Shown: positions 57,070-64,000 of the stretch, piece by piece
Layout of the letters: the number at the start of each line of letters is the position of its first letter
How positions within the stretch are numbered: position 1 is the stretch's first letter
Translations under genes and position numbers: made by a program
DNA from: Klebsiella phage Miami
Strand: one strand, 5' to 3'
Sequence record: MT701590.1
Length of the DNA: 64,000 nt
Notes under the pieces: model-generated
Database searches by the model: none
Told to the model about the DNA's origin: nothing
The model's input: only the letters and a program-made list of their open reading frames with translations

Positions 57070-58089
57070 ATGGGGCGGCTACCAACGAAATCTAAACATG
57101 AAATATACCTTGAAAGAGTTAAATTAAAACATAATAATTTTTATGATTACTCTAAAACTATCTTTACCGGGTCTCTGAACACAGTAAAAATAATTTGTCC
57201 TATTCACGGTGAATTCGAACAACGAGCATCCAAACATTTAGAGGGGTGTGGGTGTAAACAATGTGGAACCGACCGACAGCGAAAGGCTCTAAATAAAACA
57301 ACGGAAGATTTCATTAAAGAAGCCAAGGCAATTCACGGAGAAACATACGACTACTCACAAACGGTTTACTCAAATGGCCACTTCCCGGTAAAAATAATTT
57401 GCAGAACTCACGGTGTATTCTATCAGACGCCCTCCAATCACATTGGAGCGCATAAACATGGGTGTCAAAAATGTGTCTATGATAGCTTACGACTCGGATC
57501 TAAAATATTCATTGATCGGGCGAAAGAAGTGCATGGCGATAGGTACGATTATTCTAAAGTCGTTTACAATAAAAACTCTGAAGAGGTCGTCATCGTTTGT
57601 AAAGAACATGGGGAGTTCAAACAAACACCAAATACCCACACTGTCGACAAATCAGGGTGTCCCAGCTGTTCCAAAAAATTCACCAGAATGGTTCCGCTAA
57701 CGGTTTACTTTATAGTAAGCGAGGACCTTAAATTCATCAAGATAGGTGTTACACGATCTTTAGTAGGTAGATTAAAAACTCTCTTCTCTGCACGCCACAC
57801 CAAATTAATAGGATTCAATTCTTTCTTTTACACTAGAAAGTTTTATTCTGATGGTTACGAGGCTGGAGAAGCGGAGCGTAGTTTCAAAAATATGTTTTCA
57901 GAGTATAACGCCGGTTTCCTTATTGAAGGCTACTCTGGATCAACAGAATGGTTCAAGCTTAACCAAATAATTCTTAACTGGATAAAGGAGAATATAGACG
58001 ATCAACTCGATTTAACAGCACCGCCCTCTAACGCACGGTTAGGTTTAGACTCGATTCCTGGACAACCCGCATCCAAGGCAAGATTGTGA
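57070..58089 (+). CDS. T5orf172/GIY-YIG-superfamily protein with three tandem zinc-ribbon repeats (free-standing homing-endonuclease-like gene)
   Basis: Three ~95-aa repeats of HG(E/D)xYDYS...V(K)IICxxHGxFxQxPxxH....GCxxC, then VYFIVSEDLKFIKIGVTRSLVGRLKTL...GSTEWFKL resembling the T5orf172 (MUG113) GIY-YIG-like domain. Confidence 0.6.
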   Translation: MGRLPTKSKHEIYLERVKLKHNNFYDYSKTIFTGSLNTVKIICPIHGEFEQRASKHLEGCGCKQCGTDRQRKALNKTTEDFIKEAKAIHGETYDYSQTVYSNGHFPVKIICRTHGVFYQTPSNHIGAHKHGCQKCVYDSLRLGSKIFIDRAKEVHGDRYDYSKVVYNKNSEEVVIVCKEHGEFKQTPNTHTVDKSGCPSCSKKFTRMVPLTVYFIVSEDLKFIKIGVTRSLVGRLKTLFSARHTKLIGFNSFFYTRKFYSDGYEAGEAERSFKNMFSEYNAGFLIEGYSGSTEWFKLNQIILNWIKENIDDQLDLTAPPSNARLGLDSIPGQPASKARL

Positions 58090-58179
58090 TCAACTGCATT
58101 CAGTAATCGTCATCTGTACTTCTTCAATAGGGGGAACGCTTCCCCTATTTTTCTCCATCTCACTTTTAGGAAAACACAA

Positions 58180-58578
58180 ATGTCTACTATCTCTCAAAAC
58201 TCAACTACTGATATGAACGGCAAAGTGACTTTTAATAAAGGCGCTTTCCCGCAGCTGATGACCCCAACTTTCATGATCTTCATCTGGGCCTATCAGCCGG
58301 TTATGAACGCCATCCAGGGCTGGAACCCGGCCATCGGTTTCATCTTCGCCTTTGTCGTCTTCCTGATCTGGTTTTGTCATGACCGCGCATTCTTGGCTTC
58401 ACAAGGTGCGTTCGTCCCTCACTGGCTTTGGTTCCTTTTCGTTCCGGTGTATATCTATAAACGCCAGAAACGTAACGGTAATAGCCGTTGGTGGGTTGTC
58501 TTCTGGCTGATCAGTGTATTAATGGGTCTGGTGGTTTCCGCCGCCACTATGGCAGTATTCCATCCCCAGGGTTACTAA
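58180..58578 (+). CDS. polytopic membrane protein, hypothetical
   Basis: Three or four hydrophobic helices. Preceded by TTTTAGGAAAACACAAATG. Confidence 0.5.
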   Translation: MSTISQNSTTDMNGKVTFNKGAFPQLMTPTFMIFIWAYQPVMNAIQGWNPAIGFIFAFVVFLIWFCHDRAFLASQGAFVPHWLWFLFVPVYIYKRQKRNGNSRWWVVFWLISVLMGLVVSAATMAVFHPQGY

Positions 58579-58585
58579 TTTCATA

Positions 58586-58630
58586 TGTGAGGCGGAATTC
58601 CGCCTCACAAAAACTCTCTTTTATTTTTTA
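58586..58630 (+). terminator. rho-independent terminator
   Basis: Stem TGTGAGGCGG/CCGCCTCACA with loop AATT, then a T-rich tail TCTTTTATTTTTTATTT. Confidence 0.5.
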
Positions 58631-58653
58631 TTTATTTCTTAGGAATAAACATC

Positions 58654-59298
58654 ATGGCAACTCCACGTAAAAAGAAACCTGCAACAAAAAACCGCATGAC
58701 TTTCGAACAAAAACGTCTGTCTGAAATCATTAAGAAAGTCTATCACGAGCTTTATTTTGTCGGGGCGTCTTTTTATAAACCGACGGCGGTCAACGCCAAT
58801 AAGCTCTTCTTGGGCGCTCAGGGCAAGGAAGTGCATACCGCCAGGAGAATTCTATTAGATCATTTGATCAGCCTTAAGACGAACTGGCCTTTATGGGTTG
58901 GGTGTTTCTTCAATACCCCTAATGGAATCTCTGTGGCTACCGCAGACTCTTTATGGGAAGCAGAGACGATGTTATCCTTCGGGGGACAGTTCAATAAAAG
59001 AATAGAGACTGTGGTAGATGGCATCATCGAAGCTGAAAATGACCCCGACTGCACTCGGGAAACATTGATAGGCTACGGATATTTCTTTAGCCACTGCGAC
59101 ATCTACAACATGTCTGGGACAGACGAACGTTTAGTAAAACTGATGCTCCCCTATATGGATAAACATTTGGCTAAAGAAGTTAAACCAGAAGACGTCGTCG
59201 TTAGCACAGACCTTTTGATCGAATCAATAGTCAAACGTGGTGGGGTCGCTAAAGATGGCAAAATCGAAGAATACATCGAGGTGTCGGAGGAGTGGTGA
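58654..59298 (+). CDS. hypothetical protein
   Basis: Preceded by TTAGGAATAAACATCATG. 214 aa. Confidence 0.55.
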   Translation: MATPRKKKPATKNRMTFEQKRLSEIIKKVYHELYFVGASFYKPTAVNANKLFLGAQGKEVHTARRILLDHLISLKTNWPLWVGCFFNTPNGISVATADSLWEAETMLSFGGQFNKRIETVVDGIIEAENDPDCTRETLIGYGYFFSHCDIYNMSGTDERLVKLMLPYMDKHLAKEVKPEDVVVSTDLLIESIVKRGGVAKDGKIEEYIEVSEEW

Positions 59299-59852
59299 AA
59301 CGATTATACCTGTTACTCATTTTGCTCGGATTAAGTTTTAGTAGTTTGGCCAGAGTCGACATCGTCCTGGTCTGTAACAAAGTTGGAGAGACCAAAGGAA
59401 CTGGGGTTGTTAAACCGACTCTTTACAACACCGACATCAATTATTTTATAATTTCCAAAAATAAAATCTCGTTACTTAATGGGCGTTACGGTGGGGTTCT
59501 TATGGAACTGCCTTTTTTCCTTTTTCATGATAAAGGAAAAATAGAAGGTAGTGGGACTGCTGGGTACGATAAGATCGATCTCGGTTTTACTAACGGCGAC
59601 CTCGTCATAAACCTCACTAGGTTCACGAAATTCATAGCGACCCCGGATAACAAAGAGAACAAAGTAGATAAAACGATTGAGTTCTCAGAATGTTATATTT
59701 TGGATCGGATTATCACGCCTGATGTAGAAGAAGCAGTACCTTTCTCTGAAACTGATAATAGTGATGTTAAAGGCAGAAGAGGTCCTGGTCCGGGACCTGG
59801 TCCGGCTAATCCAGGCGGTCACCCCAACGGTCCTCCGGGACCACCCCGTTAA
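59292..59852 (+). CDS. secreted protein with Pro/Gly-rich C-terminal tail
   Basis: Signal peptide LYLLLILLGLSFSSLA. C-terminus GRRGPGPGPGPANPGGHPNGPPGPPR. GTG start overlapping the upstream gene. Confidence 0.5.
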   Translation: MVKRLYLLLILLGLSFSSLARVDIVLVCNKVGETKGTGVVKPTLYNTDINYFIISKNKISLLNGRYGGVLMELPFFLFHDKGKIEGSGTAGYDKIDLGFTNGDLVINLTRFTKFIATPDNKENKVDKTIEFSECYILDRIITPDVEEAVPFSETDNSDVKGRRGPGPGPGPANPGGHPNGPPGPPR

Positions 59853-59870
59853 TTACTCAAAGGAAATATC

Positions 59871-60488
59871 GTGGAAAAAACTATTTTTGACAAGATCGTC
59901 GACTGGTCTACTGAACGCAATATCATCACCGCGGGCAAGCCTTCCGGCCAAGTCCTTAAAGTCATGGAAGAAATGGGAGAAATCGCGGGCGGCGTTGCTC
60001 GCAATAAACTCGATTTGATCAAAGATGCCGTAGGTGATGTTTTGGTCATCATGACCAACGTCGCTAAGATGTACGGGGTTGAACCGTCTTCTGTTATTAC
60101 CTTTGACGAAGATGAACGAGGAGGGCATTTTGAATGGAGCGCAGGTACGATTGGGTTGATCGCGGACATGTACGCCTTTTGGGGGGAAGCTTTTAGCCTT
60201 GTAGAAGATCACGACGTCGAGCGCAATTTTACCGACCTAGACGCCGTCTATTATCCGGTACTCAATATCCTTTATGAGATCGCCCGCCGTTATAACTTTA
60301 CGTTGCAGGAAGCCATCGAAGCGTCTTACGACGAGATTAAAGATCGTAAGGGGGTTTTCTATAATGACGTCTTCGTTAAAGAAGCTGACTTTACTCCGGC
60401 TTGGGCGGTTGAGACGTTAGTGGATAAAGGTCTGTCGATGTCGGCTCGAGGATATCTCTCCCATTGGTTGGCGAGACAAGCCGGTTAG
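59871..60488 (+). CDS. MazG-like nucleoside triphosphate pyrophosphohydrolase (all-alpha NTP-PPase)
   Basis: VLKVMEEMGEIAGG...IKDAVGDVLVIMTNVAKMYGVEP matches the EExxE/D...D metal-binding helix pattern of MazG-family enzymes. Confidence 0.6.
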   Translation: MEKTIFDKIVDWSTERNIITAGKPSGQVLKVMEEMGEIAGGVARNKLDLIKDAVGDVLVIMTNVAKMYGVEPSSVITFDEDERGGHFEWSAGTIGLIADMYAFWGEAFSLVEDHDVERNFTDLDAVYYPVLNILYEIARRYNFTLQEAIEASYDEIKDRKGVFYNDVFVKEADFTPAWAVETLVDKGLSMSARGYLSHWLARQAG

Positions 60489-60534
60489 TAATCTTTGTGG
60501 GTGGGGCTTCCCACCCCCTATTTAGGAGAAAATT

Positions 60535-60810
60535 ATGGCTCAGGCGCCATCCATAGTTTATTATGCTGCACGCACCACACCGACGGGAATTCTTTTGGTT
60601 GGTCAGGATCCTGACACCAAAGAGGTTCGTAAGTTCGATGTACCTAAAGATAAGCTGAACGCCAAATTAGGCGAGAAGTTTCGTTTGAGTTTCGGGGAGT
60701 TTCTCAGGGAAGATGAGCCTGACCCGATTATCTTCAGGGTTCATGATCTGAGTAAACCCAAAAAGAAACTCAATCCAAATAAGAAACATGCTAAAAGGAA
60801 AAGAAAATGA
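60535..60810 (+). CDS. hypothetical protein with basic C-terminal tail
   Basis: 91 aa ending KPKKKLNPNKKHAKRKRK. RBS taggagaaaatt. Confidence 0.5.
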   Translation: MAQAPSIVYYAARTTPTGILLVGQDPDTKEVRKFDVPKDKLNAKLGEKFRLSFGEFLREDEPDPIIFRVHDLSKPKKKLNPNKKHAKRKRK

Positions 60811-61016
60811 TCACGGAGATAGTAACTATCGTACTATGTTACTTCGCCGGAGGGTGGTTTTTACATTTACTCTGGTGGCGTAATCAGAGAGCTCCAAAAG
60901 AAGGCTACGTCAAAACGTTATTCAAAGCCTGGCTTAGTCCTATATGGCATCTGTTTATTCTTATCGGCCATGCGTTCAAACGGGTAAGTGAATTCTTTTT
61001 GGAAATCTTTAAGTAG
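60807..61016 (+). CDS. small membrane protein
   Basis: ATGA overlap. One TM helix. Confidence 0.45.
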   Translation: MITEIVTIVLCYFAGGWFLHLLWWRNQRAPKEGYVKTLFKAWLSPIWHLFILIGHAFKRVSEFFLEIFK

Positions 61017-61018
61017 TC

Positions 61019-61243
61019 ATGTTAGAGTTTAAAATTAAATGCGTCAGAGGAAGACGGATGTATAAACTGTTTTCCTTTTTAAGGGAAGTTCTTTACGGGA
61101 GAGGGGTGATTTCTTCTACAGCGATTGACTGGGAGTTGGGAGAAATCACTTTGAGTATCTTTGCGCCGGGAGAAGAAGAAACACTGACAGAAGAAATAAA
61201 ACAGTATTGCGAACAACACAGCTCATTGACTTTTCTATCCTAG
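61019..61243 (+). CDS. hypothetical small protein
   Basis: 74-aa ORF 2 nt after the upstream stop. Confidence 0.4.
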   Translation: MLEFKIKCVRGRRMYKLFSFLREVLYGRGVISSTAIDWELGEITLSIFAPGEEETLTEEIKQYCEQHSSLTFLS

Positions 61244-61267
61244 TCTATCTTTTTAGGAACCAACATC

Positions 61268-61516
61268 ATGATGAATAGGTTGAAGTTAAGACTAAAGAAA
61301 AACCTTTCTAAGACCTATCGACAATCCATTAGGTTTGAATCAGATTACCGCTATAGGGTTATCGACCTCGGCAATCATTTTCGTATTGAAAAAAGGATCT
61401 CCGGATATTGGATATTTGCACACTGGATGCGTTTACCGGTTATTTTTAATACCTACGACAGGGCTAAGAACAAGATCATTATTCTCGGCATTCATCACAC
61501 GTTTAAACTCAACTAA
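61268..61516 (+). CDS. hypothetical small protein
   Basis: Preceded by TTTTTAGGAACCAACATCATG. Confidence 0.45.
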   Translation: MMNRLKLRLKKNLSKTYRQSIRFESDYRYRVIDLGNHFRIEKRISGYWIFAHWMRLPVIFNTYDRAKNKIIILGIHHTFKLN

Positions 61517-61545
61517 TCGATTCACTACTAATTAAGGAAACAAAA

Positions 61546-61968
61546 ATGTATTTATGGTTATTTCGCATTTTAATGGTAATTGCTGTTGCGCTCAATCTTT
61601 ATGGGACGTCGGTTGGTAGCGAGCAAATCGTTTCGTTCGCTGACTGGTTATTTTTACTCTTCACGTCATTCACGATAGGTTGTGTTATCGCTTTGTGTTT
61701 AGTTTACGCCACCCTATTCGCAGCGGGTCAAAAAGTCAAAGATATAGCTAAGAATATCTTAGCTAAAAACGAAGAACGTAAGAAAAAATCATGGTACGGT
61801 CTCAGGGTATGTGTCGGTCGTATCTGGGTATTTGGTTTCATGGCGTTTATGGCTTACTCAGGTTCACCTATTTTGGCTACGCTCAGCATCGTCTTCGTAT
61901 TGATGTCATATGGGCTGAGTTCTTTGATCATGACAAAGGTAAAAGACGTTGTCGCTAAGGAGATTTAA
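61546..61968 (+). CDS. polytopic membrane protein, hypothetical
   Basis: Four hydrophobic helices. RBS aaggaaacaaaa. Confidence 0.5.
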   Translation: MYLWLFRILMVIAVALNLYGTSVGSEQIVSFADWLFLLFTSFTIGCVIALCLVYATLFAAGQKVKDIAKNILAKNEERKKKSWYGLRVCVGRIWVFGFMAFMAYSGSPILATLSIVFVLMSYGLSSLIMTKVKDVVAKEI

Positions 61969-62216
61969 TGGAGAATATCTCTTTCGGCGATTACCGAAGA
62001 TCGTTAGGGCTGACTAGGACCAATCCTAAGACCGATAAAGAGTTCGCGGTTCCTGATCACGCAGAACGCGTTTACGAGATACCCACAGAGATTGATGTTA
62101 TCGAGGGCGGCGTAAAGCTTGAGTACATTAGCGGAAAGGGTCACGTGTACGCGACATACCGCTGGATCGGCGACATGGGTTGGTGGCGCTGGGAAAGCAG
62201 AAATAAACCAAATTAA
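61968..62216 (+). CDS. hypothetical small protein
   Basis: Start overlaps the upstream stop. Confidence 0.45.
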   Translation: MENISFGDYRRSLGLTRTNPKTDKEFAVPDHAERVYEIPTEIDVIEGGVKLEYISGKGHVYATYRWIGDMGWWRWESRNKPN

Positions 62217-62230
62217 CTTTAGGGAATATC

Positions 62231-62683
62231 ATGGCTAACGAATTCAACATTAACGGTAAAAGTATCAATGTGCCTTCAGGCGCGTCCATCAGTTTCTCCA
62301 ATGGAGAACTGTTAATTAACGGCAAACCTCCTTCAGAGATTGAGCCTGGTCAGAACATCACAGTTAATATCGTCGTACAGGGTTCTGTTACGAAAATCGA
62401 TATCGGATCAGGGACTGTCACTGTCAATGGATCGGCCGGGGAAATAAAAACAGCATCCGGCAACGTCAATGTCCAAGGTAATTGCGAGGGTCAGATAACC
62501 ACCGCATCGGGGGATGTGGGCGTTGGCCAAGAAGCAAGAAACGGAATAAAAACCGCGTCTGGTAACGTGACCACAAAGACTATAAAGGGCAACGTTGAAA
62601 CTTCTTCCGGAGATATTCAAGCTGATCAGATCGTCGGTAATGTTAAAACGACTTTCGGCACGATAAAACACCCTCATGGATAA
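62231..62683 (+). CDS. bactofilin-like beta-helical repeat protein
   Basis: Tandem ~17-aa units (IKTASGNVNVQGNCEGQI, TTASGDVGVGQEARNGIK, TASGNVTTKTIKGNVE, TSSGDIQADQIVGNVK) resemble the bactofilin (DUF583) G-x-V-x-G-x-I repeat pattern. Preceded by TTTAGGGAATATCATG. Confidence 0.55.
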   Translation: MANEFNINGKSINVPSGASISFSNGELLINGKPPSEIEPGQNITVNIVVQGSVTKIDIGSGTVTVNGSAGEIKTASGNVNVQGNCEGQITTASGDVGVGQEARNGIKTASGNVTTKTIKGNVETSSGDIQADQIVGNVKTTFGTIKHPHG

Positions 62684-62690
62684 ACCATTT

Positions 62691-62722
62691 ATACTCCTAC
62701 GGCGATTAAGCCGTAGGAGTAT
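62691..62722 (+). repeat. repeat-family hairpin copy 4 (variant core)
   Basis: ATACTCCTAC-GGCGATTAAGCC-GTAGGAGTAT. Same outer stem TACTCCTAC/GTAGGAGTA with a different inner stem. Confidence 0.55.
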
Positions 62723-62776
62723 ATTTAAACGGTTATTTTTAGTTATTGAACTTCTCTTCCCTTTTAAGGATTATCT

Positions 62777-63640
62777 ATGAATTTTCAATCTTTGAAGAAA
62801 CTCGTCGGCCCGATTGAGTTATCTTGCATATCCTTCTGTTTGTTATTTATGATATTTAATCTACCGGCGGCTCAGGAGTCGTGGTTAGTCTCCGCAGTAT
62901 GTTATTTGGCTTTATTGTTCTCTGCCAGTTGGTTATTCAAAGCGGCAGGTTGTGTTCTGTGTTATAAAACGGAAGGCGGGTATGATGACGAACACGATCT
63001 AGAACATGTAGAGAACGTATTGCGAGGCGACCTTAGTTCTAAAGAGTGGTCTGCATTAACAGCGTGGCGAGTTCTAGTCGGGGTGGTTGTTCTGTTAGGA
63101 CTGGGAATATGGTACGGGGTGGGTTATTTCACCATGTTCTTTGCATCGCAGGGAATAGGTTTGCTTGTCAAAACCTATTACGATGATTGGAAGAAAAACA
63201 ACCAACCGTTATTAGAGAACGCCCGTAAAGAATTTCTTTTGGCTATTCAAGATGAAGGCGCTATTCTCAGCGGGGCTATTTTTATTAAAGGTCGGGGATC
63301 CTTCATTCTTAAGAAAGGATATAACGCAGCCGAATTTGACGCCATGTTAGATTGGTTAGATTTCGATTACGACCAAGAAGCATTAGAAGACGGATTCATG
63401 ATGATCCAGGGCTTCTTCGAACTCCAAGACAACTATCAAATTCAGCGTTATTGGGATGGGGAAGTTGGAGAATGCTGGGTGGTATTTAAGTGCCATGATC
63501 TAAGTACCATAACCGATCCGTTAACGTTATCGGCCGCATTATTAACCGATAATGAATTCGTAGAGGAATTCGAAGAATACCTCAAACAACATCCAGAAGA
63601 AATAGGATTAGAAAATGAAACCGATCGAACCGGGCTGTAA
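62777..63640 (+). CDS. membrane protein with cytoplasmic C-terminal domain, hypothetical
   Basis: Four N-terminal hydrophobic helices followed by an acidic soluble domain. Preceded by a repeat-family hairpin. Confidence 0.55.
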   Translation: MNFQSLKKLVGPIELSCISFCLLFMIFNLPAAQESWLVSAVCYLALLFSASWLFKAAGCVLCYKTEGGYDDEHDLEHVENVLRGDLSSKEWSALTAWRVLVGVVVLLGLGIWYGVGYFTMFFASQGIGLLVKTYYDDWKKNNQPLLENARKEFLLAIQDEGAILSGAIFIKGRGSFILKKGYNAAEFDAMLDWLDFDYDQEALEDGFMMIQGFFELQDNYQIQRYWDGEVGECWVVFKCHDLSTITDPLTLSAALLTDNEFVEEFEEYLKQHPEEIGLENETDRTGL

Positions 63641-64000
63641 GTGCCTGATTATTAAAGATATTTATTCTCCTGAGAACGTGGGTAAAGAGGTCACCGTGAT
63701 CAGGGTTTACGATCCCGGTACTCGCTTCTTTTTCTCATTTAAGGACGGTCAGGTGGGGAGCTTTATAACAGCGGGCAGATGTTGGAGTGTGTCTGAAATA
63801 ATCCCCGCCGTAGTGTTTGTGCGGACGGGCGGCGGTCGCATACCCAGCCAGGTCTTTGATATTAACGAATCGGGACGCTGCATCAATGGACTGGTGGGGG
63901 AACCCAGACTCATACGTATCGATGGGGAAGACTTCGACGATAATCCTTATCAGGAGAAGAAACCAATCTCAGATATACTGAGTTCTTTACAAGCCCACTG
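63614..64000 (+). CDS. hypothetical protein, 3' end outside window
   Basis: ATG around 63614, overlapping the upstream stop by about 25 nt. Open to the window end. Not in the track because it is truncated. Coordinates are approximate (+/-1). Confidence 0.35.

Noticed and set aside
1-64000. CRISPR array, integrase or transposase, rRNA or tRNA, prophage att sites
   Set aside because: No direct-repeat/spacer periodicity, no tyrosine or serine recombinase or DDE motifs, and no rRNA-like or cloverleaf sequences were seen. The content is that of a lytic phage genome segment.

Overview
This window reads as a contiguous piece of a large virulent dsDNA myophage genome (T4-like or jumbo-phage gene content). 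It is not a bacterial chromosome. About 90 genes are packed almost entirely on the + strand. Only two genes are on the - strand, and both are virion proteins: a gpV/gp5-like spike and one tail-fibre paralog. There are no rRNA or tRNA genes and no CRISPR array. The layout is: (i) 0-7 kb, virion fibre and baseplate genes, with the first ORF entering from upstream; (ii) 7-18.6 kb, DNA metabolism genes: gp46/SbcC-like ATPase, signal-peptide lytic transglycosylase, HAD phosphatase, NAD-dependent DNA ligase, RNase H and an orphan HslU-like AAA+ unfoldase; (iii) 18.6-27 kb, small accessory genes that include a putative anti-defence locus (a 2H phosphoesterase of LigT/Acb1 type plus a DUF2829/Tad2-like protein) behind a long structured leader; (iv) 27-41.3 kb, a receptor-binding cassette of four paralogous tail fibre/tailspike genes sharing a ~60-aa N-terminal anchor domain, one of them inverted and one carrying a C-terminal S74-type intramolecular chaperone, plus a beta-helix depolymerase-like partner, PhoH and GNAT; (v) 41.4-64 kb, dense early-type small genes: PP-loop ATPase, DHFR, SAM methyltransferase, MazG-like NTP pyrophosphatase, a cluster of six signal-peptide proteins, a free-standing T5orf172/GIY-YIG-like protein with triple zinc-ribbon repeats, and a bactofilin-like repeat protein. 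Recurrent non-coding signals are a family of near-identical terminator hairpins (stem TACTCCTAC...GTAGGAGTA) present in four copies, many other rho-independent terminators, and a conserved gene-start context TTTTAGGAA-N5-7-ATCATG in front of at least 14 genes. All functional calls rest on motif-level reading of the translations and none has been confirmed by database search.
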